Positions 42,560-52,448 of a stretch of 64,000 nucleotides of DNA are shown here, in pieces. A model generated the notes under the pieces. That model saw only the letters and a program-made list of their open reading frames with translations. It had not been told where the DNA came from and did not search any database. Position numbers and translations under genes: made by a program. Position 1 is the first letter of the stretch. Each line of letters starts with the position of its first letter. Location of the stretch: IMG/VR virus record IMGVR_UViG_3300049060_000085, positions 10,771 to 74,770 of that record, one strand, 5' to 3'. The DNA comes from a virus.

Positions 42560-45219
42560 CGCCGGGCCCTGTCCGTGGTGAAGTTGATGTAGTTGACGCT
42601 GAAGGCTTCGAGCGTCACGGGCGAGTCAGAGCTGTGCGCGCCAATGAACAGCGAGAACGCGAACACGTTGCTCATCGCGGGGAAGTTGCGGCTGACCACA
42701 AACGAGAGCCGCGCGCTCTCCCCGTTGGGGCTGCCTGTCACCTGCGGAAGAACGCGTGCCGTCTGCACGCCCGAAGCGCCCGTGCCGCGCAGCGTGATGG
42801 TGCACGTGCTCGAAGGTTGCGGCGTCTTGAACGAGAACTGGATATCTTGCCAGTGCTTGACCGTGTGCGGCGCCGTCGCGCCGCTGCCGAAGATCGGCTG
42901 AAATACGATGGCCGCCTCTTCGAGCTCGTTACTGACGTTGCTCGGGACGTGGATGTTCTGGCGCCCCGAAAACACCGTCCACATCTCTTGAAGCTTTGGG
43001 TGATAGACGCCCGCCGTGGGGATTTCGCGCGGGCTGTAGAGCGTGGGAATGCGTATGCAAAACGTGTCGGTCTTCGTGTTGTAGACCCAGATTTGCTTGG
43101 CGTTGGTCTCCCACGCGCCCGTGCGGATCCAAACGTCGTCGTTGGATTGATCCGCTTCGAGCCACACGGTGGCATCGTTGGTGCCGTTGCTCGCGATCTG
43201 CGTCCACGTGCGGTTGGGCAGTTTTCCGGTGGTGCTCGCCGAAGAAGGGTTGATGCGGCCGTCCGAAAGCTCGCGCACCTGACCTTCGCTGCTGATCGAT
43301 ACGAACCCGCGGTTGGTGTACGCGTAGACGTATTCTCGATGCACGCACGCGGCTTGCGGATTCATGATCACAAGCGTCGGGTCCACCGGATCGAGCACCC
43401 AGTCGTAACCCTCGCCCACGGAGCCGCCCGCGCCGCTCAAGCGAAAGAGCCCGTCGCTGCAGAAAAACCAGAGACAATCGCGCGTGGCGATGACGCGGTG
43501 AATGTCGCCCTGTCCCGCGAACTCGTAGTTGGACGGTGGACAGTTTTCGGGCTCGTTGTTCTCGCTCCACGCATAGCCATTCGGCTGTGGCGTGGGCTTG
43601 ATCGTGAGCACTGTGCTCGCGATGTCCGGCAGGATGGGCGAGAAGTTCCCGCCGTTGGTCGCGCGCAGCGTGATGTTCGCGTTCGTGCGCATGCGAATGC
43701 GAAGCCCGCCCGTGGGCGTGAACGAGGGATAGGCGCTCGTCACCGCGATGGAAGCTTGCGGCTCCAGCGCGATGGTCGTGATGTCGCCGTCCGTGTTGAA
43801 GCCGGCGGTGATAACGTTGTCCGCAAACTCTTGCGCGGACGTGCCGACGCCATAACGCACGCCATTGAGCTCGATCACGTCTTCGGCGACCACCGTCACT
43901 GAGCCGGTGTAAGTGCTCTGCACTGTGGAAGTGACCGTGCTGGCGGTCTTGGAGACCACCTGACCAGCCATCACCTGCGCGCCGGTGTCGGTGCGGAAAA
44001 AATAGAGGTTTTGACCGACCGAGATGCCGTCTGTGGAGGGAAACGGAGCGCCGCCCGTGAGCCCCGAAGCCGTGACGCTTCCGTTGCTGGCAGACGCGCC
44101 CGTCCACGTGCGGTACCCGATGCCGTAGGCTTTGATCGACTGCTGCGCGGTGGAGGGAATCGGGCCCCAGAAATACGGGTTGAGCAGCGTCACGGTCGCG
44201 GGGTCTAAGCGGTTGGCGTAAAACGCGTGCCCGCGAAACACCGCACATGTCTTCGAGGGAACAGGCGGAAGCGGCAGCGCCGTCGCGCCGTCCTTGGCCA
44301 CGTTCGTCAAGAGCGCTTCACCAAGCGCTTTGCCCATCACCGCATCGCTGATGGTGGTGGTGGCGCTGTTGACGTCTCCGGTTTGGCTTCGGTAGAAACT
44401 CGAACCGCAAGCGATGGGCAGATACTTGTTGTTGATCGAGTCGTAGCCCACGCTCTGCGAGCGCGTGTGGTAGATGTCGACCTTGTACTCGTGCTCGGAC
44501 GATAGGATCGGCCGCGTTGTGCGCACGCTCCATGAGTTAGAGCTGATCGCTTGCGTTGTGCTGAGGTTGGCGAAGTCGCCCAGCATGGCGGGCGGAGAGA
44601 GCAACTCGTACCCATCCGTGTGGATCTGACGCAAGACGGCGGTCGCTGTCATGTGCGTGTTCGCGGGCAGCGGACCGCTGACGTCGTCGTCGGCCAGCGA
44701 GAAATTGCGGTCTGTGATGACCGGTTGGTACACGCCGCAGTTGCGCGGCCCGCGCACCGCGGAGAGCGCGCCCGAGCTGTCTTCGATGAAGTCGATGGCG
44801 AACGATCGAACCGAGCCCGCGATGATCAACCGGTTGCGCATGAGCAACACGGCCGTGCGCATGTCGTTGGTGACATACGAAGTCCACGGCGAGCCCAGTG
44901 CGATTTCACTCGCGGTGATCGTGCCGGTTGATTCGTTGTACCAGTAGTAGCAAACCCGCCAGGCTCCTGCGGAGTTGAACTCCCCGAGCACCACAGTCAG
45001 GTTGCCTTCAGACAGCATGTACACGCCGCCGGCGACGGTGACGCCGACGCCCAATCCGTTGAGCGTGTAGCTCGTGGACCACTTTGGAAGCTGCTCGACC
45101 GCGCCGAACGAACGGATGGCGCAGTTGCTCGCGAACGCGAACGCGCCCGGCGGATACTGCCCGACCTTATTAGGTTCGCTGATGATGCCTTGGGGCTTGG
45201 CTACGAGCTGTTGGCTCAT
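42556..45219 (-). CDS. tail nozzle / tail tubular protein B (P22 gp10, T7 gp12 analog)
   Basis: 887 aa, beta-rich, N-terminal GIISEPN..PPGAFAFASN; position after adaptor. Confidence 0.7.
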   Translation of the reverse strand: MSQQLVAKPQGIISEPNKVGQYPPGAFAFASNCAIRSFGAVEQLPKWSTSYTLNGLGVGVTVAGGVYMLSEGNLTVVLGEFNSAGAWRVCYYWYNESTGTITASEIALGSPWTSYVTNDMRTAVLLMRNRLIIAGSVRSFAIDFIEDSSGALSAVRGPRNCGVYQPVITDRNFSLADDDVSGPLPANTHMTATAVLRQIHTDGYELLSPPAMLGDFANLSTTQAISSNSWSVRTTRPILSSEHEYKVDIYHTRSQSVGYDSINNKYLPIACGSSFYRSQTGDVNSATTTISDAVMGKALGEALLTNVAKDGATALPLPPVPSKTCAVFRGHAFYANRLDPATVTLLNPYFWGPIPSTAQQSIKAYGIGYRTWTGASASNGSVTASGLTGGAPFPSTDGISVGQNLYFFRTDTGAQVMAGQVVSKTASTVTSTVQSTYTGSVTVVAEDVIELNGVRYGVGTSAQEFADNVITAGFNTDGDITTIALEPQASIAVTSAYPSFTPTGGLRIRMRTNANITLRATNGGNFSPILPDIASTVLTIKPTPQPNGYAWSENNEPENCPPSNYEFAGQGDIHRVIATRDCLWFFCSDGLFRLSGAGGSVGEGYDWVLDPVDPTLVIMNPQAACVHREYVYAYTNRGFVSISSEGQVRELSDGRINPSSASTTGKLPNRTWTQIASNGTNDATVWLEADQSNDDVWIRTGAWETNAKQIWVYNTKTDTFCIRIPTLYSPREIPTAGVYHPKLQEMWTVFSGRQNIHVPSNVSNELEEAAIVFQPIFGSGATAPHTVKHWQDIQFSFKTPQPSSTCTITLRGTGASGVQTARVLPQVTGSPNGESARLSFVVSRNFPAMSNVFAFSLFIGAHSSDSPVTLEAFSVNYINFTTDRARR

Positions 45220-46181
45220 CGCAGCCTCCAGCGGCGGAGCTGCGTCAGCTGTGCACGCACCACGCGCGGCTCTTCGCGCGTGCGATTGCTGTAGAGCGTG
45301 TCGAAGCGCTGCATGTCAGCAGACACATCGCCCGCGAAGTTCGACGCCTTCTGCTGGTAGCCGCGCTGCACGAGGATTTTGGTGCTCGCGACATCCACCA
45401 CGCAGCGATGGAAGTCTTCAGGCAACATCGGCCAGTCCGTTTGACCGTAGACCCGCACGTAGTCTCCGACCTGCACGTCGCGCACGGGGCTCGTGGCCGC
45501 GACGGTGAGGTTGTTCACAGACACGGTCGCAGACACGTTGCTCAACACCTGGTCAAACCAACCGTTGGGCTTGACGACGTCGATCATCAGCGTGCCGCTG
45601 ATGGCGGCAGGGACTGCCAGTGATTGATCGAACGGCTGGGTGTTGACCGTGATCGTGTTGGTTGACGTGTTGATCGCGGTGACGCGGCCGCGGTCGGTAC
45701 CCGACACGCTGTTTTGGCTCGCGTAGAACCTCGCGGGCCGGCGATAGTAGGTGATGCGCAGCACGTAGCCGCTGTTGTCGGGCGTCGGAAGGATCGTCAG
45801 ATCGTTGCCGCGCAGCACGTAGGCGCGCGGTTGACCGAGGCCGGAGTACGAGGTCTCAAAAAGGTCGGAGTGGCCCTCGTCGACCTTGGGCAAGCGAACA
45901 AACGTGATGATGTCGTAGTTGGCAGAGCTGCCCATACCGACTTCGACTTTGCCAAGCACGGTGACCTGGTTGCCGAGTCGATAGGTGGGCACGCCCGAGG
46001 TGACGGGCTGGAAGTAGCGCTGCTGCCACGTGCCGTTGCGAAAGCCGATGATCGTGTCTTCAAACTTGGTGGTCAAAGCATCGGAGAGCTCGCGCAAGAG
46101 CACCGCGTCGGTGTAATCCGGCGCGCCGTCTTCGATGAGGCAGTTGAGCCTCAGCTGCGCAAGCATTTCCGTGGTGTTCAT
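45216..46181 (-). CDS. head-tail adaptor / tail tubular protein A
   Basis: helical N-terminus, QPRAYVLRGNDLTILPTPD..LRITYYRRP, LPEDFHRCVV. Confidence 0.75.
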   Translation of the reverse strand: MNTTEMLAQLRLNCLIEDGAPDYTDAVLLRELSDALTTKFEDTIIGFRNGTWQQRYFQPVTSGVPTYRLGNQVTVLGKVEVGMGSSANYDIITFVRLPKVDEGHSDLFETSYSGLGQPRAYVLRGNDLTILPTPDNSGYVLRITYYRRPARFYASQNSVSGTDRGRVTAINTSTNTITVNTQPFDQSLAVPAAISGTLMIDVVKPNGWFDQVLSNVSATVSVNNLTVAATSPVRDVQVGDYVRVYGQTDWPMLPEDFHRCVVDVASTKILVQRGYQQKASNFAGDVSADMQRFDTLYSNRTREEPRVVRAQLTQLRRWRLR

Positions 46182-46594
46182 TAGAACCCCGCGTCTCCCC
46201 ACGGGTCTCGATCCCAAGGGTCCAACTGGGCTTTGCCCATCACGTTGCCCGCGCCGAATCCACCTTCACCGGGGTTTTGCCCGAGTTGTTTGGCGTAGTC
46301 GCCGCCGTACTTCTCGTTGCCGCTGTTGCCGATGCTGCTTGTTAGGTACGCCTGCAGGAGCGCGCCGATGTTGTTGTTGCGCGACTGATCAGCTTGGCGG
46401 TCCATCATGCCGAGCTGATTTTGGAAGTCCTGCGCCATCATGCCGTAGGGCTGACCACCGAGCTGTTGCACGCGGGTTCGGTTGATGCGGTCTTGCTGCG
46501 CGCGCGCGGCTTCCGCGATGTTGTCGCCGTGTTGCGCCCGCTGTTGCATGTCGCTCGCAGCGGCAGCGATGAGAGCGACGATGGGAAAAGCCAT
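46181..46594 (-). CDS. small internal virion protein candidate
   Basis: TAATG coupling at both ends; hydrophobic N-terminus, Q/G-rich. Confidence 0.65.
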   Translation of the reverse strand: MAFPIVALIAAAASDMQQRAQHGDNIAEAARAQQDRINRTRVQQLGGQPYGMMAQDFQNQLGMMDRQADQSRNNNIGALLQAYLTSSIGNSGNEKYGGDYAKQLGQNPGEGGFGAGNVMGKAQLDPWDRDPWGDAGF

Positions 46595-48012
46595 TAGTAG
46601 CCCCGTGCTTTCTTGCCGATCTCAGCGGCCTTGCGTTTGACTTCTGCGGCTGCCGCGGCGTCCTTGGGCACATAAACTCCGCTCGATTGAGAAGAGCTGC
46701 CGCTGGAGCTCATCGGCTTCGCGTTCTGCATTTGCCATTGCGGCGAACCGCGCGGCGCGGAGCTCGCGCTTGTGCTGGTCTTGGGTGCGGAGGCTGTGGT
46801 CGTCTTGGGCGCGGCTATCTTGGGCGCGGTGATCGTGCTCGTTTTGGGCGTATTGCCGCTGCCGGACGAGGGAACGCTCCAGCTGCCGAGTGCGCCCGAG
46901 CTGAAGCCTTTCGGCATGGAGAAGCCACCACCGCTCGACCCGCCGCCGAGCATGCTGCTTAGACCACCGAAAGAGCCGAGACCGCTGCTGCCGCCTCCGC
47001 CCATGCCGCTGAACAAGCTTCCGAGCGAGCCGAGGCCACCGAGCATTGAGCCCAGGTCGAAGCCTCCGAATCCGCCGCCGCTTGAGCCACCGCCGCTTCC
47101 CGAGCTCGCGCTGGGTTTGCCTTTGCCAGCGGCCTCCTTGGCCTTTTTGTCGGACTCTTCCTTGGCAATTTTCTCGATGTCGGCGAGCGAGTAGATGTTG
47201 CCATCCGTGTCGTACTGACCGCCGACCTCTTGTGCGCCGCGCGCGGCGGACTGCGTCACCCTCTTCTTGGAGTCCTCTTCGGAGGGATGCGCTTGCGCGT
47301 ACGCGAGTTTCTTGGCGTCTTGGAGCGCCTTCACGTGTTCGCCGGCCGAGGTGTCGCCGGCGTTCATTTGGTCTTCGAGTTCTTGGGTCGTGTAGCCGCC
47401 GGCCCAGTGGCGCTGCGGCTTGGGCTTTTCAGGCTCTGGAGGAGGAGGCGTCGAACCCTGCGATCCGCCGCCTCCCATCGAACCCATTCCGCCGCCGCCG
47501 AGCATGCTGCCAAGCATCGAACCGATGCCCGACATGCCACCCATGCCGCCGAGCCCGCCGCCCATCGACCCCATGCCGCCGCCGAGCATGCTGCCCATGC
47601 TGCTGCCGCCGCTGGCGGCTGCGCGCGGTGTGTTTTGGCTGACGTACGAGCCTCCGCCCCAGAGCGGGATGGAGGAGGTGTCGACGCCCATGTTTTCGTA
47701 GTTGGAGCGGACCCAGTCCGGCATGCCCGAGGCCCACGGCGTGCCGAGGCCGGCGCCGGTGGTCTGCGCGGTCGAGTTGACCGAGGGCATGTAGCTGGCC
47801 CCGAACTGCAGCATGTTGGCTTTGGCTTTATCGCCAGCGCCGATCAGCGAGCTTCCGGGGAAGATGGCTTGGTAGTTGCCGCTGCGGAGGTCTTGGAGCT
47901 CGGAGGGTGTGTAGGTGGTTTGGGCAACAGGCTTCGTCGCGGCGACGTTTTTCTTCGCCATCGCGTTGATCGCCGCCACCGCGGCTGGATCCGTCATCCC
48001 GTAGCCAGCCAC
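46594..48012 (-). CDS. Gly/Ser/Met low-complexity protein B with shared C-terminal tag
   Basis: GGMGSM repeats; ends PRGSPQWQMQNAKPM..YVPKDAAAAAEVKRKAAEIGKKARGY. Confidence 0.8.
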   Translation of the reverse strand: MAGYGMTDPAAVAAINAMAKKNVAATKPVAQTTYTPSELQDLRSGNYQAIFPGSSLIGAGDKAKANMLQFGASYMPSVNSTAQTTGAGLGTPWASGMPDWVRSNYENMGVDTSSIPLWGGGSYVSQNTPRAAASGGSSMGSMLGGGMGSMGGGLGGMGGMSGIGSMLGSMLGGGGMGSMGGGGSQGSTPPPPEPEKPKPQRHWAGGYTTQELEDQMNAGDTSAGEHVKALQDAKKLAYAQAHPSEEDSKKRVTQSAARGAQEVGGQYDTDGNIYSLADIEKIAKEESDKKAKEAAGKGKPSASSGSGGGSSGGGFGGFDLGSMLGGLGSLGSLFSGMGGGGSSGLGSFGGLSSMLGGGSSGGGFSMPKGFSSGALGSWSVPSSGSGNTPKTSTITAPKIAAPKTTTASAPKTSTSASSAPRGSPQWQMQNAKPMSSSGSSSQSSGVYVPKDAAAAAEVKRKAAEIGKKARGY

Positions 48013-48014
48013 CT

Positions 48015-48620
48015 CTAGTAGCCCTTCGCCTTCTTGCCGATCTCTTCAGCCTTGCGCTTGGTCTCCGCCGCTGCCGCGGGGTCTTTGGGCACGTAGTTGC
48101 CGCGCGACTGAGACGAGCCCTGTGAAGCGTCTCCGCCGCCACCGCTCATCGGACGCGCGTTGTGCATTTGCCACATCGGCGAGCCGCGCGGCGCCGCGCC
48201 TTGGCCGTTCGGTTCGCCCTCGGCGATGCCGTTCGGCGCGCCTGCACCCATGGCACCAGGGCCGCCGCCAGCGGCTGCACCTTGGCCCCAAGGCATGCGC
48301 GACGCGAATCCAGGAGGCATCTGGAAGTGCCCTTGAGGGAACTGCCAACCACCACCCGCGGTGCCGCCCGGACGCGGCTGCATGCCCATCATGCTGGGCA
48401 TCTGACCGAGGCGGCTTACGAGGTTGTCTCGAAAGTCCATGCGCGCGTTGCGCATGCCGTCACGGACCTGGCCACCTGCGCCTTGGACGCGTGACCAGAA
48501 GTCTTGCAAGCTCGGCATGCCGCCGCCAGCTGCAGGGCCGCCTTGGCCGGGCCCACCCATGATGCCGCCGGGCTGAAACCCGCCGCCACCATTCAGAAAC
48601 GCTCTCGGATCCCACGTCAT
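48015..48620 (-). CDS. Gly/Met/Gln low-complexity protein A with shared C-terminal tag
   Basis: GGAGGT SD; ends PRGSPMWQMHNARPM..YVPKDPAAAAETKRKAEEIGKKAKGY. Confidence 0.8.
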   Translation of the reverse strand: MTWDPRAFLNGGGGFQPGGIMGGPGQGGPAAGGGMPSLQDFWSRVQGAGGQVRDGMRNARMDFRDNLVSRLGQMPSMMGMQPRPGGTAGGGWQFPQGHFQMPPGFASRMPWGQGAAAGGGPGAMGAGAPNGIAEGEPNGQGAAPRGSPMWQMHNARPMSGGGGDASQGSSQSRGNYVPKDPAAAAETKRKAEEIGKKAKGY

Positions 48621-48692
48621 AAAGACCTCCGAAAATCCACTGGGGCCGCGCGAACGGAGCAGTCGTTCGCGCAACCCCAGAAGAGCGTTTGA

Positions 48693-50003
48693 TTAGCTCG
48701 CGAGTGCCACGCCGCCGTTGGCGGTGTTGTTCGCGATGCCGGTGATCAAGAAGTTCCGGTACGGCATCTCGAACACAGGCGCTTGATTGCTGAAGATCTT
48801 CATCTGCGCACCCGCGTTGCCGGTGAGGTGCGTGAAGAAGGCCTCGGCGCCTCCGCCGATCGGACGCATGGTCAAGTCGGTGCTACCCACACGACGGAAG
48901 TTGTCGTTCGAGATGAAAAACGCTTGGCCTTGCTTCGCGTACTGATACACGACGACTTCGACCTGACCGGCCGCCGTCTCGTAGATCAGCTGCGATGCAC
49001 CTTGGCGCTTCACCTTGTCGGTGTTCGCCGTGTAGCGCTGCAGCGCGTTCGCCTCTTCGGCGAGGTCTGCGAAGGTCGGCGCGCAAACGAAAAGCTTGCC
49101 TCCGTTCTTCACGCCGTTGATGGAGACGGCCGCGGCCATCGCCATGATCTTCGCGCGGGACATGGCGCCACCGGCACCGAACGTCATGCAGCGCCACGGA
49201 GCCACGTTGGCGGCATTGATGCCGAAGATCGAGCCCGTGTTGTTGTAGATGGCTTCGAGCCCGAAGCACGACTTGGTGCGCCAGCCGAGCGGCACGATCT
49301 TGTCGTTGGCGGCGACGGTCGCAGCCGAAGCCGCCTTCGTCAGCTGCAAACGCGTTTGCGTGGTGCTCGGACGCGCGTCCACGTTGACGTTGGTCTCGCG
49401 CAGCGTGGTGCCATCGGTCTGGTAGATGTCTACCTTCATGCCGTTGGTGCCAGTCGCGATGATCCACAAGCCGGGGATCCAGCTCGCTTCGGTGAGGTAC
49501 ACGACCTGGGTCGCGCCCAAGTTCGCGCCGCTCACGCTTCCGCCGACCACACCGATGTTCGATGCGACCGCGGTCGAGGTGCCCGGACCGTAGGCCAGTG
49601 CGAGCTCGCGGTAGAGCGCCGCACCTTGCAGCATCGCTTGCACCGTCTGGTCGAGCGCGGTCTTGTAGGCAGGCCCCTGATTGCCATTGCCCGTGCCGTT
49701 GAGCGACTTGTAGATGGTGTCGTAGCTGACGACCGACTGCAGCAAGATCGTTGCGCCGTCGAGGTTTGCGTTCAGCACCGTCGAGTCCACCGCAGGGTTC
49801 AGTGCGAACGCGGAGCCGTCGACGTTGGCTGTTTGACCAAGCTCCAAGCCGGTCAAGACGGGGAAGTTGTAGCCGAGACCAGGACGGTTCTCGGAAGGGA
49901 TGAAATCGCCGAAATCTGCGAGGGTGTGCTCATCCGGCAGCGGGTCGATCCATCGACCGTAGCGCTGCTTAAACATGCCGTTGACTGAAGGCACAGATGC
50001 CAT
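48693..50003 (-). CDS. major capsid protein (HK97 fold, podovirus type)
   Basis: 436 aa, after scaffold, long leader and GGAG SD; GLGYNFPVLTG, FGLEAIYN. Confidence 0.8.
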   Translation of the reverse strand: MASVPSVNGMFKQRYGRWIDPLPDEHTLADFGDFIPSENRPGLGYNFPVLTGLELGQTANVDGSAFALNPAVDSTVLNANLDGATILLQSVVSYDTIYKSLNGTGNGNQGPAYKTALDQTVQAMLQGAALYRELALAYGPGTSTAVASNIGVVGGSVSGANLGATQVVYLTEASWIPGLWIIATGTNGMKVDIYQTDGTTLRETNVNVDARPSTTQTRLQLTKAASAATVAANDKIVPLGWRTKSCFGLEAIYNNTGSIFGINAANVAPWRCMTFGAGGAMSRAKIMAMAAAVSINGVKNGGKLFVCAPTFADLAEEANALQRYTANTDKVKRQGASQLIYETAAGQVEVVVYQYAKQGQAFFISNDNFRRVGSTDLTMRPIGGGAEAFFTHLTGNAGAQMKIFSNQAPVFEMPYRNFLITGIANNTANGGVALAS

Positions 50004-50446
50004 AACACGAACTCCAAAACGTTAGGGTTGAGAGCCCTTTCGTTCGGGGTGCCGTGCGTCGTGCGTCTTGCCTGCGTGCCGCTTATGGCTGCGAGGTCCT
50101 ACTGGGGTTCGGCCGGTGGTTTTCCGTAGCCGAAGCACTTCGGTTGCCGCGCTGATATGTCCACAGAGGTGCAGTGACTACAGAGCAGGGTTCCTACACG
50201 AAGGTTGATTGTCAGGTCCGGATGATTGGCCGAGCGGCGTGCCTTGGGCGAGTTGAATAACCCTAAGGCACGACCGCTGGACGCCTACGCTCCGGGATGT
50301 GTTCGTAGGCCGCGCGCGGGTCCGGGGAAGTTGCTAGGTCCGAACTCAGGCGCACGTACGATATTCTCTGCGTGAGGAATTTGTCGCCGTCAAGCAAAAG
50401 TGACGCGACTTACCAACTCGCTTCAGAATAGCTGAAAGAGCTGGAT
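50004..50446 (-). ncRNA. 443-nt structured leader or ncRNA upstream of the capsid gene
   Basis: stems at 50283-50310, 50233-50278 (about 16 bp), 50108-50143 (alternative pairings), 50024-50038. Confidence 0.55.
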
Positions 50447-51802
50447 TTATAGTCTTCCGCGCACGCCGCGATCGAATTCTCCGATGCGTGCGCGTTGGGG
50501 TCGGTTGGCGTTGGTGATGGGTTGTGTGGGGCCCGTGCCAGTGGACACGGGTGGCAGCTCTTGGCGGCGCTGCGCGGCGAGTTGACGTTGCTGCGCGGCC
50601 CACTGTCCACCTTGAGGGACACCGGCGGGAACGCGCGGTTGGGTTGCCGCTGCGGGCGGCTGGACGTCTTGTGAGCGCACGTAGCCGGACTGCTGCAGGA
50701 CAGCTTCGACCGATTCCATGGCGGCGACCATGCAGTCTTCAACGAACTCGCTTGTGAGGTCACGGCCCGCGATCGTGGGCAAGCGGGCGTTGAAGTGCAG
50801 CTCGAACTCACGCTGCGTGGCAGGCGTGTTGACGAAGCCGACTTTGGCTGCGGCCTTTGGGCCGATGTACTTGAGCTGCTGGAGGTAGATCTCCTGCACC
50901 TGTTCGTGCGAGGGACCTTGCTGCTGGTTTTGTTGCGGCTGCTGTTGCTGCATCTGCTGCGCGCGCAGGGCGCGCAGCTCCAGCTCGAGCTGCTGGTTGC
51001 GGGCGCGCTCGGCGCGCATCTGCTGGTGGACCGCGCGCTGCTCGGGCGTCATGCGGCGCTCGGCGTCGAGCTGGGTCCCCCAGATGATCGCGGCCTTGGA
51101 AAAGCCGTCGAACTTCTTCAGGAACACCATCGCGTCCAGAAACTTCTGGCCGTCGTCCATGTCCGTGAGCAGCTTCTGCAGGCCCGCCTCGCGCTGCATC
51201 AGCTGCTGCTCGTAGGCGTACATCTCGCGCAGCTTGTTGCTGTAATCCTCGTTGCGCTGGTAGCCCTTGATCGCTTCGGCGACGGGGATGCGCCGGCGCT
51301 GACCGTTGATGACCGGCGCCACGAACTTGCCCATGAAGTCGTCGGGCAAGTCGTCGCTCTCGATCCACTGTTGGCGCTGGTTTAGCCACGCGCGGATTTC
51401 CTCCGCGTTGATGGTCTGTGCTTGCAGCGGCTGCTCTTCCTCGGGCGCGATCGGCGCGAGCGGGTCAGGCCCATCGCTTAGAGCGAGCGCTTGGGATTGC
51501 GCGTCTAGGCCGTTGTCGAGCGGCGAAAACGGGTCGTTCGGGTCTTGCGGCCGATCGATCACCTGCGCGTTTTGCAGCGAAATCGACTGCCCGGGCAGAC
51601 CGTCAGCGCCCGGTGTTTGGGAGAGCTGCGGCGCGGACTGCGGCATGCCCTGCGCGGAAAACGCGCTGAACTCGCCGACCCGTGCGCGCTGTGAAGCGGG
51701 CGCGGGCTGCGCGTAGCCTTGATTACTCTGGCCAGAGAACCCGCCTTGACCGGTTCCTCCGCCGCCTTGATTGAGCGCAACTGCGCCCCCTTGGTCACTC
51801 AT
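50447..51802 (-). CDS. capsid scaffolding protein
   Basis: disordered Q/P-rich ends; VINGQRRRIPVAEAIKGYQRNEDYSNK pattern typical of podovirus scaffolds. Confidence 0.75.
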   Translation of the reverse strand: MSDQGGAVALNQGGGGTGQGGFSGQSNQGYAQPAPASQRARVGEFSAFSAQGMPQSAPQLSQTPGADGLPGQSISLQNAQVIDRPQDPNDPFSPLDNGLDAQSQALALSDGPDPLAPIAPEEEQPLQAQTINAEEIRAWLNQRQQWIESDDLPDDFMGKFVAPVINGQRRRIPVAEAIKGYQRNEDYSNKLREMYAYEQQLMQREAGLQKLLTDMDDGQKFLDAMVFLKKFDGFSKAAIIWGTQLDAERRMTPEQRAVHQQMRAERARNQQLELELRALRAQQMQQQQPQQNQQQGPSHEQVQEIYLQQLKYIGPKAAAKVGFVNTPATQREFELHFNARLPTIAGRDLTSEFVEDCMVAAMESVEAVLQQSGYVRSQDVQPPAAATQPRVPAGVPQGGQWAAQQRQLAAQRRQELPPVSTGTGPTQPITNANRPQRARIGEFDRGVRGRL

Positions 51803-51916
51803 ACGATCCTGCTCTAGACTTTCAGCCCCCCGCTCCAGGGAGCGGTTGTGCTAAAAACTAAGACCTCGCGACGCTTGCAGGCGTCCGAGGTCACGACCCA
51901 CAGGAGAGCTATTCCC

Positions 51917-52441
51917 ATGGATGAACGTGTTATCGCCCGCTTTTGGGCGAAGGTCGACATCAGAGGACCCAACGAATGCTGGCCCTGGACAGGCAGCAAA
52001 GATCGCTACGGCTACGGTCAGTACGGTTCGAAGAAGTGCAAGTCTGGGCGATGGATTGCGAGTCGCTTCGCCTGGACGGTCACCAACGGTCCGATCCCAG
52101 ACGGAGTCGAAGTCCTGCATTCGTGCGACGATCCGCCGTGCTGCAACCCCGCGTGTCTGTTCCTCGGCACTCAGGCGGACAACATGCTCGACATGCATGC
52201 CAAGAGGCGCCATCGAGCAGGCCCCAGAAAACCGTACAAGCCACGCCGGGCCGCGGCGAGCCACGGATATCGTCGGGGCACCCAGCAGCCCTCCGCAAAA
52301 CTCGACGAGCGAGGCGTTGTCGAACTGAGACGCCTCCGAGCGGAAGGCTGGACCTGGAAGGCGCTTTCCGAGCGATTTGGAATCGCGCCGCGCACCGCTG
52401 AGATGGTTGGCAAAAGACTTCGTTGGAAGCATGTCGATTAA
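51917..52441 (+). CDS. HNH (HNH_3-type) homing endonuclease with C-terminal HTH
   Basis: RFWAKVD..CWPWTG..GYG..VLHSCDDPPCCNP..GTQADNMLD; opposite strand between portal and scaffold. Confidence 0.9.
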   Translation: MDERVIARFWAKVDIRGPNECWPWTGSKDRYGYGQYGSKKCKSGRWIASRFAWTVTNGPIPDGVEVLHSCDDPPCCNPACLFLGTQADNMLDMHAKRRHRAGPRKPYKPRRAAASHGYRRGTQQPSAKLDERGVVELRRLRAEGWTWKALSERFGIAPRTAEMVGKRLRWKHVD

Positions 52442-52448
52442 ATCAAAC

